Of a stretch of 64,000 bases of DNA, positions 1 to 13,643 are shown in pieces. The notes beneath the pieces are model-generated. The model saw only the letters and a list, made by a program, of their open reading frames with translations, had not been told where the DNA came from and made no database searches. Each line of letters opens with the position of its first letter. Position 1 is the first letter of the stretch. Position numbers and translations under genes: made by a program. The stretch covers positions 8,122,001 through 8,186,000 of the forward strand of contig OX597831.1 of the NCBI GenBank assembly GCA_951406725.2, given 5' to 3'. The stretch is from Octopus vulgaris. Its lineage: Eukaryota.

Positions 1-1050
1 GCGATTTGTTCTGCAGAAATTCTTCAAGGTGGTGCTCCAGCATGGCCGCAATTTCATGACTGAAACAAAAAAAAGATAAAAGGTGTGTGTGAGTGTGTGT
101 ATGTATATATAAATACATATATTATGGGAAATGGAAGGTCAATGATGTAGGTCGTTCCATCTCAGTCTAAGAATCTTTAGACTAATGTAAATGTTATATT
201 GAGGACATACTATTTACCACTCGCATATATGACCCTTATTTTCACATCCCATAATGTCCCATGCCAGCATGGGTTGGATGGTTTGAGAGGATCTAAAGGG
301 TCCAAGAACTGCATCCAACTCCAGTGTCTGCTTTGGCATGGTTTCTATGGTTGGATGCCCTTCCTAACACCAGCCACTTGCACATACATACACACATCAT
401 CATCATCATCATCATATCTGCTTTTCCAAGCTTGTATGGATCAGAGAGACTTTGTCGATGCTGTTTTTTTGTATGGATGGATGCCCTTCCAGTCACCGAC
501 CCTCACTTGTTTCGAAGCAAAGAAATATTTTCTTACTGGCCAGACTTGTTATTGCAGAATATTGGAAATAAGTGGCATTCATTTACAGCATTCGTGTGAT
601 GTCAAGACAAGGAGACAAACATACATGTATACACTCACCCATCCATATATACATGCATGCGTTTATGTATGTCTACAATGGGCTGCCTACCAGATCCATT
701 CACAAGGCTTTGGTTGGCCTAGGGCTATCATCAAAGGCACTTCCCCAAAGTGCCACACAGTGGCACTGAACCTGAAGCCATGCGGTTGGGCAAGAAACTT
801 CTTATCTACAAAGCCTAAAGTTGCTGTTAGTTGTTTTGTTGTGTTTCAGATTAAAACCACTTAATCACAAACTATCTCGGTTTACCTGGTTTTCAGGAAA
901 TAACGGCTATTTTATCTTTAGGGAAATGGATCTTATCAGTGACCAAAGAAGTGTCCTTTTGATGTGGAGAAAGAATTTATTTACATCCACTTCATACTGT
1001 GAAACTGGAGCCAAGAACTGGTTCTTATGAAGTTCTTCAGACTTTTATGA

Positions 1051-1098
<48 letters not shown>

Positions 1099-4000
1099 TA
1101 AATGCTAGCTTTTTACCAGTTTACAATTAAAAGGATGATCTCATTTTCTCTCTCTCTCTCTTCCTCTCTCTCTTAGACTAAAGGGCAGGAGCCTAAAATG
1201 TTAAATTCTTCACTCTTTAAGGCAACTGAACCTATCAAACCAACTATTGTTGACAGACCATTCTTAGTTTCTTTGAATTACAGAGTTTTTGTATGTAAAC
1301 ACTAAACTTCTAGGAGTATTAGATAAATCTCGCTCAGATCGGATCCTAGCATCTGAAAAATAGAAAATGGTACATTGGGTAAATCCCTCCTAGTCACACC
1401 ACACCTGGAAAGAAATAATAAAAAGATGGAATGGTCATGGCTGGAATGTCTGTCATTTTAGGTTTGTTGACTCTGATTTTTACTCATGTGATTTAGGTTG
1501 TTTAATCCTTCTTTGACCATATTCCAAATGAAATACAATGTATGTGTCTCATTGAATTTTTGCAAATGATTAAGAATTTGGAGGAATCTAATAAAATAAC
1601 CAACCTTTTCATCATTAAGCTGTTAATTTTTAGACCATAACTCAAGGTTCTTATATTAATTTATGGTGAAAGGTTTTATATATTAAAACACGGACATTTT
1701 AAAATGAGAGGTTTTGTATCATAAAAGTGAAGGCTTCAGGTGGATTGTCATCCAAAATGTTAAGAGAATTATTGCTTGTAGCAATAATTTCTTACCCTAG
1801 GGATTTCTCTGGTTATCCATTGCTCTCTTAACACCTGTTTTCTCAGCCTTGACTCTCCCTCCATTTGAAACCCTATCTATATTGTCTCTTCCATTTTTTT
1901 CTTTCCTCCTTCCACAATGTGTCCCCAATCTCACCATTCCCTTGCTTCCTTTCGCTCCTCCACCTTGGTTCATCTTCTTTCGCAACCCTCTTCCTCATCC
2001 TGTTAGTCATGTTGCCTTAATCAAACACAAACAGTGTACACTGGTGAGGTCCTCTTTCGTCATGCAGGATACAAGGCTACATAACTAGTGCTGGTGCCAC
2101 ATTAAACTGTACCACAGTTCATTCTGTAAAGTGGTATGAAAACAAGCAAAGATAACATAGGGTTGAGAAGCCTCTTTAGTCCTGTTCTTTAGTGTTGCTG
2201 CTCTGACAAAATTCACCTGTCAACTGAGTAAAAAGGTTGATGGTTGAAAGGTCATTCACCCATAGAAATCACATCACATAAAACTTATGGGTGTGATATG
2301 CTCCTATGACATTTCTGGGAAGATAGTAACTCCCTCCAAATGAGACCTGATTTGAACTGTGACCCTCTGTCCAATCCATACAAGCATGGAAAGTAGACAT
2401 AAAATGATAAGGATGATGAAAATGTTAAAGATGACAATGGTGGTGATGGTGATGGTGATGATGATGATGATAACTTACAACAACCAAGGTCAGAAATTTT
2501 ATTGGGTAGTTAACGAGAGATCCTGTGATGTTCACACCTTTCTCAAGGGCAATTGCAAACTAATTGAAGTGAATTGGCTTCAATCTGGAATTGACAGAGG
2601 AACATAGAATTAATCAGTTCATTGGGAATGTAATAACAGAACAACAAAATTTCTGTTTGGAATAATAGAGTTTGAAGTAAAAGAACTAAACCATATCGTT
2701 GTTTGTGACAGCTTTCATTTCTTCTTCTTCAAAGTCTCTCTCTCAGACACATTACTAATTCTATCAATGCCGATATTATCTCAACTAAGTCGCTGACATT
2801 TTCCCCTCCATTCTACTTTTTTCCTCCACACGCTCTAAAACTTTACAAACAACAATGGTTCGCTCCTTTACAATAGATACAATTTTTATTTATAATCTAA
2901 AACTCTTTCATCCTATTTTTACGTGAATACTCTTTAAACTCATTCATCCTATTTTTGCTTAAATATTCTTTAATGAAATTCTTGTCGGAGAAATGCTGTC
3001 CATTTAGATGCCGTCTCATTATAGCACTAAATCAAAGTCGAATTGGTTTTACTGTTTGAAAACTGAATCGTTTATAATCAAAGACTAAAAGTGAATGGTT
3101 GGATGGTTGGATGGATGGATGGATGGAAAGTAAATTTAGGACTTCAGTTAAATGTTATTTTGAAGCAATGTCTTCAAAAGAAAGAAAGAAAACGGGGAAA
3201 AAAAAACTGCTAGAGAAGCTATGTTGGTGGACTCTAGAGAATTCTCACCTTATGTTTACCAACAATGGAAAAATCAATATTAAAATACTGATGATGACTG
3301 ATAGATGTATTGAGATCAAAAGATACTTTGGGTCTCGACTAGCCTATTTTGGTAACAGAATGGCTTGTGTGTTTTTCTCTTTGTTTTATACATTTGTTTC
3401 GTTTTTGAGTGATTTACTACAATTTTCTTTCTTTTTTTTGTTTCTGGAATTATGATGTAGTGCAACGGCTTTGTGGTTAGAAAGTTGGACTTTGTTATGA
3501 TAAATAAATGTGATATAGCAGAAGCATTGTGAAATGTAATTAAAAGTAATTGAGAAAGCTGCAGCATCACAAGTTAGAAATAAAGAGGTGGGGTCGTGGC
3601 AGGGGGGGAGGCGATGGTAGTGGCGGTAGCAGTGAGACTTGTTTGATCAACTGAATTACTTGCTCCTGTATTAACCATTTGAAGTACCCCACGGATACCA
3701 ACAGTGGAACTCTCAACATAATTCTCAGGCAGAATCAATATGACAGTTTGTGTGACAAGGCTGAATCTTACGAATTACAGCTACAATCCAACTGACAGGC
3801 TTCCGTACAGTTTCTATCTATCCAGTTTCACTCACAAGGTACAAGTTGACATGAGGCTATAGAAATTGACCTTTTGCCCAAAATGCCACCTCGTGGGATC
3901 AAACCTGGACGTTGCAGTTGTGAAACAAACTCCTTAACCATTCAGTTATTCTGAACCTGTAAAAGGGTCAGTATTGATAGATTTGACCCTTTTGATATCA

Positions 4001-4523
4001 ACCTTCCTGAAACTGCCCCATTTTCTGTGATACAAACTTCCTGTTTTGAAGTATTTTAAATTAAGACCTACCATTACTGTTTCATGCTAGTTTATGTTCC
4101 AACTTAATAACGACAGAATTATTAGGATGGGAAGCAAACTCAACTCTGGCAGGATTTGATCCCAGAATATAAAGATTGGCAAAGTGCAGCATTTCATCCT
4201 GTCTGCTGATGGTTTTGCTAGTTTGTCACTGAAAACATTTCTGTTATCATCATTATTATTGAGTTGATAAATAAGTACCAGTTGAGCACTGGGGTTGATG
4301 TAATTGACTAGCCCCACCCTCCCCCAAACTTGTTGGCCTTGTGCCAAAATTTGAAACCATTATCATTATTATTATTATATTCACTAGGTTCTGAGTTCAA
4401 ATTCTGCTGAGGTCAACATTGCCTTGCATCTTTTCGGGGTCGATAAATTAAGTACCAGTTAAGTACTGGAGTCAATATAATCAACTTACCCCTCCCCAAA
4501 ATTTCAGGCCTTATTACTATTAC

Positions 4524-4560
<37 letters not shown>

Positions 4561-4564
<4 letters not shown>

Positions 4565-5620
4565 TTGCCTTTGCACAGCTTCTAACGCTGGAGATGTACT
4601 ACAGTACCAGCTGTTCACTACCAGTGAACTAAGGTAACACCTCTTATTTTTCGAGCTCCTTCCAGAGTATTTGAGCGGTTCCAAGCAGTGCTGTTTTCTA
4701 CAAGTGCTCCACCCTTATTGCAGGCCCTATTTGTTCCATGTACTTCTCAAGACTTTTACTCACCGTTCCTAGGGCTCTAGCAATTATTGGTACTACTATC
4801 TTTTTCATCAACCACAACTGCTTAACTTCCCAAGCTAACCTGTCATATCTCTTGACTTTTCTTTCTTCCTTATCGCATACCTTGTTGTCAGCTGGGTATG
4901 CTATATCTATGATCCAGCGTAGTTTGTTTTCTTTCTCAATTAAGATTATGCCCAACTTCCTATTTTCAATCTCATGGTTGCACTGAATCATAAAATCCCA
5001 TAGGATTTCTATTTTCGACAATGCCTTCATGTTTGTGGTCGTACCAAATTTTTGCTCTGTCAAGTCCATACTTGTTGCAAAGTATCCAATGGACAAGCCT
5101 GGCTATATTGTCGTGGCATCTCTTATATTCCTTCTGGGCTAGTGGCATACATTGGCTGGTAATATGCCATACGGTTTCATTGTTTTTTCCGCAGATTCTG
5201 CACTTATCACTTTCCGTTGTGTTGTCTATTCTGTATTTTATGTAGTTTGTTCTTAGTGCTTGCTCCATTTCCGGTTTTAAATCCACAGCCATCTTTTTTC
5301 TCTGTCTGTCTTATCTTCAACATCCCTATGAAATTGACCATACATTCTTTACCCACCTATTTTCAGTTTCATTCGTTTTCAATTGCTTGTATAGTGCTCT
5401 ATCTCTGCAATCTTTCATCCTACACAAGCCTGACCTTCTTCTAATAATAGCAGTTCTGTGGCATTTTTTACATACCATGCTTTGTTGTTTTCTTCTGCTC
5501 TAATGCTGTGTTCACATCCAATAAGTCCTCTTCCCCCTCTTTTTCTTGGTACATACAGTCTGTCTGTGCAACTTCCTTGTCTTTCTGTCTAAGCTGTTTA
5601 ATTCGTCTACTGTCCATGCG
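4561..5620 (-). mobile_element. 5'-truncated, frameshifted R4/Dong-clade non-LTR retrotransposon (RT C-terminal region, CCHC zinc knuckle, restriction-like endonuclease, 3' UTR)
   Basis: Minus-strand frames give WTVDELNSLDRKTRKL, TDRLYVPRKRGGRGLIGCE, CRICGKNNETVWHITSQC (CCHC), RCHDNIARLVHW, ILWDFMIQCNHEIENRKLGIILI...IIDIAYP..KEERKVKRYDRLAWE (RLE, with PD mutated to LG) and KTALLGTAQIL. Flanked on both sides by (TAA)n, the known Dong target. Confidence 0.9.
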
Positions 5621-5639
5621 ATTATTATTATTATTATTG

Positions 5640-6036
5640 CTAGCAGTATAGCCCAGCATTGCTCAGGTTTGTTTTCTTTTCGACCCTTTAGAATTGGAAT
5701 TTTTGAAAAGTAAAAATTTTGCATTATGTAGCTTGTTATACTCTTTAAGTGAATATTTTTCTGGTTGAAATACACCGAAAAATAGCAACACAGCTGTCAG
5801 TAAATCGTAAACAATAGGGATTTTCATAGAAAAAAAAAGCACTTTTTTTATGTAAATAATTTTTGGTCTTAACATGGTTCAATTTGAATTTTTCTTCTAC
5901 GGAATGAAGAGCAAGCCTTCTTCTATCATACTCTCAATTTTGGTCAACTTGCGCTGCAGGATCTCGGAGGAGATAGCGTTAGCTGAAGGCTACCAAACCT
6001 GCCACACACAGACAACTTCAGTTTTATATATAAAGA
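5640..6036 (-). mobile_element. Non-autonomous Helitron
   Basis: Minus strand starts A|TCTTTATATATAAAA and ends with a degenerate GC hairpin (cctgagcaatgctggg) then CTAG. Termini are shared with the copy at 61876-62270. Confidence 0.75.
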
Positions 6037-6756
6037 TTTACTGAGACTGATGGAAGGGGAAATACAGTCAAGACTGATGAGTTTGGTGCTATTTTCTGCT
6101 TAAACTGCTGCAAGTCAACACATGCTGGAAATATGTAGTAAAAAGAAGAAAAACAAATAAAATCAAGGAAATTTCATTAGTCGGTGATTAACTTTTTTAT
6201 TTTCCTAGCATGTGCTCAAGGGAGATGATTTCAGACATGTTTTGGTTTTATTTAAATCTTTTCTGCAAAGCATAGCTTGGTAGAGAAATGAATAATGACT
6301 CACTGAATAAATAGAACAAGGCTGCACATTTTATTAGCAAAGGAAAATAGAATTGTTTAGAGATTAAATAATCCAGAGACAGCATCTGTATAGAAAACAA
6401 TGGTTTACTTTAGTGTATTTCTGTATTTATTGCAGTCGTTGTGTTGTGACTTTGGGAAGCAACATTTGTTTGCCTTCTACTTCATCATAGCATTGATTGA
6501 AAGTAGGATGACACATAGCACTCTAATAAAATTGGCATGATTCCCGTATTGCAAAAACCTACCATTTTATTTATAGGATCTTTGGGGGTAAGAGTGGGGC
6601 AATGGGGAATACGAAGAAAATTTTTTTTAATTAAAAATCCAGTGATTATATAAGTTAAGAGATCTGCAGCTGCCTGACTCAGTAGAATGTTAGCATTTCA
6701 GCTACAGTGTATCTGTTTGCAAGACATTTTACTCTGAGATCACTCGGTCCATCTGG

Positions 6757-6793
<37 letters not shown>

Positions 6794-7704
6794 CATTATC
6801 ATCATCATCATCGTTTAACGTCCACTTTCCATGCTAGCATGGGCTGGACGATTTAACTGAGGACTGGCGAACCAGATGGCTGCACCAGGCTCCAATCTGA
6901 TCTGGCAGAGTTTCTACAGCTGGATGTCCTTCCTAACACCAACCACTCTGAGAGTGTAGTGGGTGCTTTTACGTGCCACTGGCACAAGGGCCAGTCAGGC
7001 AGTACTGGCAATGGCCACGCTCAAGTTGTTTTTTTACGTGCCACCTGCACAGGAGCAGGTCTAGCGGCACTGGCAACAACCTCGCTTGAATATTTTTCAC
7101 GTGTCAGTGTAATTCAGTGTTGTAAGTAGTAGTAACCAATTGGAGGTGGGATGGAGTGGGGAGTTAGTGTGGGGTCAGGGCAGAGCTTATGATCTTTGCT
7201 GGGTTCCCAAAGACTGGTGAGATTGGTTTGGTTCCTGCTGGAGAAACAATTCCCAGAGAGTAGATATTTTTTTTTCATCTGACTGTGGACATGCTGGGGC
7301 ACAACCTTGAAATGCTTAGTCTAACAAATCAACCCTGGTACTTATTTTATCAGTGTCCTTTGCTGAACCACTAAGTTGCTGGGATGTACTCAGATCAAAC
7401 CAACACTGGTTGTTGAACAGTGGAGCTGAGCCCAAAACCTTGCGAGGAAGCAAGCCAGTGCTCCAGCATGGCGACAATGCAGTAACTGAAGCAATTCAGG
7501 ATTAAAAGATAAATAAAAGGTCATCTTTTTCTCGCATCATGTCTTAATAGGGTTATTTTTTCTTTAATTAGCCATAGCCAAACTCCTTGTATAATCCAAG
7601 CATCTCTAATTGTCTTGAGGAAATGTTAATTTTAATCATCCTCAATCTGTTATCAGTCTTAATTGAAGTTTGGTTGATAACTATTAATTATTATTATTAT
7701 TATT

Positions 7705-8180
7705 GAGTGAGAGAGCAGTTCATGCCATCAAAGTGACACTGGAGTAAAATATACGAAGCCCAATATACCCATCATGACTACCCGTCTGATAAGGGTACAC
7801 CAGGCACATGCATCACAACCATATGTGCGCAACATGGTGATCTCATATCAAGATAAACAGCGCATGACCTTGCAGGTGGGGCCCAGTTAGAATTTTCTTC
7901 AGGTTGAGTAGCCCATCCCGCTCAAAAGGTCCCTGAATAAGGGTTGTTTAAGGATGTTGAAAGAACCACTCATGTTTCCAGAGGTGAATTATTCAAACCC
8001 CAAAGAATCCCTCTCAACACATGGCTATGATGCTCCCCCACTACTTCTGCTCATGATCAGAGATGCACATATCGTCAGCCACTAAGGGACATGCTCAACT
8101 GGTTAAGGTCAAACAACTGACAAGCAAATCTGTGGTATTGAGCAGAATATTTGCTGTAGCCCATCTTTTATACTAAGACA
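7705..8180. mobile_element. Unclassified ~475-bp insertion within (TTA)n
   Basis: Higher-GC, non-coding block with sharp edges and (TTA)n on both sides. Confidence 0.45.
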
Positions 8181-8454
8181 TTATTATTATTATTATTTTT
8201 ATTATTGTTAATCCAAAGCATTGATGTCTAGATACACATCATCCTGTTTGATGTACGTTAATAATAATCACCGTGTATTAAGCAGAAAATCCTAACCAAC
8301 TATTACTACTACTACTAGTAGTAGTAGTAATAGTAGTATAATATTACGTTTGAGATTACCAAATACCTGCCTGCAAATAGCATATTACTCAATTAGAAGC
8401 AATTGTAAACAAGGAAGAAAGCAGTTTTTAATTTGGAGAGCAAATGGGTTCTAA

Positions 8455-8496
<42 letters not shown>

Positions 8497-8840
8497 AAGC
8501 GGACGTTAAACGATGATGATGATGATATATATATATGTATGTATATATATATATATATCTATTATGGTGGTTAGTGTGTTGCACTCACGGTTTCAGAATC
8601 ATGGTTTTGCTTCCCAGACTGGGTGGTGCGTTGTGTTGTTAAGCAAAACATTTCGTTTTGTGCTGCTTTGCAATCGCTTCAACGTCTGACATGTGGCGCA
8701 CCTGTGCAGGTAATGTTGATTCGTTGGAGGGAGTGACCTGATATACAACACAAACATTTGATGGCTATATACAACTCACCTGTGCAGGTTGTTCAAGAAG
8801 ACATTGCACAACTTCCATCTGTTGTTTACAACAAGGGAGT

Positions 8841-8882
<42 letters not shown>

Positions 8883-9264
8883 TATCATCATCATCATCAT
8901 CATCATCATCGTTTAGCGTCCGTTTTCCATGCTAGCATGGGTTATTCTTTTATTCTTTTTTTAGTCATTTGACTGTGGCCATGCTAGAGCACCGCCTTTA
9001 GTCGAACAAATCGACCCCAGGACTTATTTTTTGTAAGCCTACTACTTATTCTATCAGTTTATTTTGCCGAACTGCTAAGTTACAGGAATGTAAACACACG
9101 AACATCAGTTCTCAAGTGATGGTGGCGGGACAAACATACACACACACACACATATAGTAGAAGACACTTGCCCAAGGTGCCATGCAGTAGGACTGAGCCC
9201 AGAACTATGTGGTCGGTAAGCAACCTACTTACCACACAGCCACACCTGCACCTATACACACACT

Positions 9265-9300
<36 letters not shown>

Positions 9301-9930
9301 CTTACATACATACACACACACACACATCCATACATATATATAATGTACATTTGCTGTTCTAAGTATTGAGTTCTTATTTAGACTCAAAGGGATCATAGGG
9401 TTAGGTAAATCACCTTCAGTATTTTACTGCTATTTCTTTGGGCCGGTGAGAGAGCCTGCATGTGGACTCTCAAGTTACTAGAAATGGTAACTGGATCTCC
9501 CGAATATCAAATCCCATCAGTTGAGAAAAAGGATGAAAATATTGAAGAAAATAGCTGTAGATATAAAAGGAAGACATGATGACCGTATCTGGAATGTATT
9601 TGATCATAGGTTTGATATATTGGGGTTCACTTGGGGCTGTAAATAACATCCATAACTGCTACTGCTTATTTTATAGAGTGTTTTGAGGTGAAGAATAAAG
9701 ACAGCTTTGATGAGGTTTGAACCTGGAACCTTATGAGTCCAGAGTAAACATCATAAAGTGTTCAGTCTCTTGCTCCATCATTTCTATTTACTCACTGCCT
9801 TTCCTCTGTTGTAATTAGATTTATATTCTTACACGTGTGTTTGGTATGTATGTCTATTATAATATACATACATGTACACACATTACATACATATACACAG
9901 CTCTCTTAAAAGCAAATAAACACCTCCTTA

Positions 9931-9966
<36 letters not shown>

Positions 9967-10059
9967 GTATTAATAAAAAGCATATTACTTTACCTTCGGT
10001 ATTTGAGTACTATTTTTTCCACCTTGTTTTGCACTTGTGTATTGCGTCTAGCCACCTTA

Positions 10060-10117
<58 letters not shown>

Positions 10118-10386
10118 TCATCATCATTTAGCGTCCGCTTTCCATGCTAGCATGGGTTGGACGGTTCAACTGGGGTCTGTAAAGCCAGAAGGCTGATCTG
10201 GCAGTGTTTCTACAGCTGGATGCCCTTCCTAACGCCAACCACTCCGTGAGTGTAGTGGGTGCTTTTTACGTGCCACCCACACAGGTGCCAGACGGAGCTG
10301 GCAAACGGCCATGGACGGATGGTGCTTTTTACGTGCCACCGGCACGGGGGCCAGGCGAGGCTGGCAACGGCCACGATCGGATGGTG

Positions 10387-10417
<31 letters not shown>

Positions 10418-10471
10418 CATACACTCACACACACACATCTAAAATGAGGGGTGTTTATTTTCAGATATCTT

Positions 10472-10504
<33 letters not shown>

Positions 10505-13067
10505 GTACATACATTGATACAGTTGGTTTTTACTCCATACATATCTGTAGGTCTGTACATAACTCTACCTGAAACTCTAGCTATTCATTCTCTGTTCAGC
10601 CAGCAAATATTTCCATTTTCGTTCCTTCTCTCTTTCTTTCTTCTCATCCGATTCTAACATTCTCTATGTTTGCAAGTTGTTATTCAAATATACAACCTTA
10701 AAACAGTGTCTGGGATTTCCTTACCATTATTATCCTTAGCATCATTCTGTTTTTCATTGTCTAAAACTACTCTCTTACTTCAACTCTTACACATGCGCTT
10801 TTGTTTTATATTTTTCTTATCTTTATTGTTATCGTGTCTCGTTAAATTATCATGTTTTGATCACTGATACAGCACCATATGCTGGATTTCCACATCGTTA
10901 ATTACATGGTCTGCTCCTCATTGCATTATATTCCTAATTACACACATTTCATTAATGCTTGGCTCTAATTACTCTCGCCACCTACTCCACTAACACCCCC
11001 ACCCCACCATTGTCACATATTTCCTGACTCTTTGACTCTTGAAACCAATGCAGTTTATTTCCATTTTGTTGTCCGTCATATTTCTACTAAATACAACCAA
11101 CAGCAACCGTTGCTCTTCAGTTGGTCGGTCATTAATACTTTGTTGGTTTAACCAACCATTTAATATTTTATATTTGATTTTGTATATTTAGGGTAGACAC
11201 TTGCCCGCTGAAGAAACATCTTTTGGCTAGCATTTGTGTTTGTTTTTGTTTTTTTTGCTTTTTGCTTTTTTTTTTTTTCTGGTAGAATTAATTTATGAAG
11301 CAGACAAATGTGACAAATTAAACAATAGTTAACCCATTAATTTATAAAGTTTTGTTCCACAATTAATTGCAATTAAGTCACCGAATGAAAAATAACACAC
11401 TATGATATGAAAGAAACAGCATGGATGAATAAAAGAATGATTATGCAACAATTTGGATTTGTGAAATGTTAAAATAGATGTGAACCGCATTGGAAGTGGA
11501 AATAAACATTTGGCATTGCATTATTTTATGACTGTCTTGTTTATAGGACTCTGCTAATTAATAGATCAAGTTAGTGTTATCATATTTTGTAAAAAGAGCA
11601 TTAATTAGCATTAATTAGATTTACATTGAGAAAAACAAAAATAGTGTGACTAACATTTTTATTTTCCTGGGTAACAACTCCTGATTTGTTTCAATCTTAT
11701 TCTGAACTCATCACCAGTGTTTATGTTACTGTGTGCCTGTCTACCCCTTTTTTTACTGATGGCAGGATAGATATTGAGGGTTTAAACTCAGGATCTGAGA
11801 GTACTTGGGTCCAAGAAAGGCTATTCATATGTTGGATTTTATTCCTACAACTCTAAAATCATAAAGGCTACCCATGTCTTGGTAGCCACTCTAATTTATA
11901 GCTTCTCTTCAAAAGGAGACTGTCTGTTATTCTTAAATATACAACCATTGATTATATTTGTAATCAAGGAAAGGGCTGTGATCATCTTAAGAATCTCTCT
12001 GATTTTCAGCTGATATAACAACCGAATTGAAGAGACTATAGACTGTGTTTTGCAATCTAAATTCACATTTCTCAAAACCAGTATTAAGTTTGAAATGCAA
12101 GACACAATATATATATATATATGTATATTTCTGGTAATTAGCTGTAAGTGAGCTATTTAAGAATAGAAAGTGAAAATAAGTCATACACATTACCCCTAGC
12201 ATGGAATTATCATGGAAACTTTTAGCAAGAAGCATTAAATTAATAATTCTCACAATGTCAACTGAAATATATTCTCAGAATATTAATACTTAATTTTTTC
12301 ATATTTTCTTTGATAACATTAATGAGAACTGTAACAGACAACATCTCAATGTGTGTGTGTGTGTGTGTGTGAGTGTGCAGAGTGCAGCTTGTAGCTGTGC
12401 ATTGAGCCTAATTTATTTAACGCTACATTATCAATTCAGACAGCACTGGTTATTGGCTGCTGTTACTGGTATATAAATAAATCAAACTGGAGTGACACAG
12501 AACTTTCTTCCCTATCAGAAAGAAAACGATTTTGTTATCAAACAAAAGAAACACAGCTTGTGAGATTCAAGAGTTTTTTTATTTCAAGTTCCTACATCAT
12601 CATCATCATCATCATCGTTTAATATCTGTTTTCCATGCTGGCATGGGTTGGACATTTCAACTGGGGTCTGGGAAGCCAGGAGGCTGCACCAGGTTCCAGT
12701 CTGATCTGGCAGTGTTTCTACAACTGGATGCCCTTCCTAATGCCAACCCCTCTGAGAGTGTAGTGGGTGCTTTTTATGTGCCACCGGCACAGGGGCCAGA
12801 GGTACTAGCATCGACCACGATTGGATGGTGCTTTTTCCATGCCACCGGCACAGAAGCCAGTCAAGGGGGCGCTGGGATCAAACAGCTGTTGGAATCCTTA
12901 GGGTGTCATAAAAAATTTCCTTGCCATATTTGTTGTGACTCTTTACAATTACATTCTAATTTCAAATCGTACCAAAGTTCATTTTACCTTTCATCTGTCC
13001 AGGGTCAGTAAAATAAAAGACCAATGAAGTGCTGAAGGGGTTGGGGCAGTGGTATTGACCAACACCA

Positions 13068-13305
13068 AAGGCGGCGAGCTGGCAGAAACGTTAGCACGGC
13101 AACAAAATGCCTAGCGGTATTTCGTCTGCTGCTATGTTCTGAGTTCAAATTCCACTGAGGTCGACTTTGCCTTTCATCCTTTCGGGGTCGATTAAATAAG
13201 TGCCAATTACACACTGGGGTCGATATAATCGACATAATCCATTTGTCTGTTCTTGTTTGTCCTCTCTGTGTTTAGCCCCTTGTGGGTAGTAAAGAAATAG
13301 GTATT
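13068..13305 (+). mobile_element. tRNA-derived SINE family C (central domain resembling the Deu/Nin domain)
   Basis: GGCGGCGAGCTGGCAGAA...GAGTTCAAATTCC...GCCTTTCATCCTTTCGGGGTCGAT...AAG. Other copies at ~4140-4512, 19000-19208, 27915-28452, 42015-42230, 50898-51025, 53565-53790, 56070-56285, 56547-56750 and 58170-58310. The domain name is from memory. Confidence 0.75.
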
Positions 13306-13431
13306 GACCAACACCCTCCTCTTCCAAACTGCTGATCTTGTGCCTAAACTAGAAACCATCATTACATTGTCTTAATTTAGCAAGGATGGAATACTCAAAT
13401 CGATTCCGCAAGGTTGGAAACTTAAAGGACT

Positions 13432-13643
13432 TTAACCCTTTTAGCATTCTGATTATCCTATCAAATTTTATGCTTTTGAATTAATCATGAATTATCTCGT
13501 AGCTTTGAAATTTCAATAATATGATTGTTTATTCTCAGAATGATATTGTAGGGTAGGTGTAAGAAACTGGATCTGGCTGGTTTGAACATAAACAGGTAGA
13601 ATATTTGGGCTAGATATGGATGGTTTAAACGCTTAGGGGTTAT
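13432..13643. mobile_element. TTAA-flanked MITE, family 2
   Basis: TTAACCCTTTTAGCATT...AACGCTTAGGGGTTAT. Body matches 62542-62757. Confidence 0.65.

Noticed and set aside
199-864. 221-aa ORF
   Set aside because: Runs through antisense SINE B/D copies and microsatellite; no protein-like signal.
8025-8085. CUGACGA...GAAG on the minus strand
   Set aside because: No coherent stems; GAAA absent.
11095-11125. Minus-strand CCAA-CUGAAGA-GCAAcggUUGC-ug-UUGG
   Set aside because: Has stem I/II-like pairing but no GAAA box or helix III.
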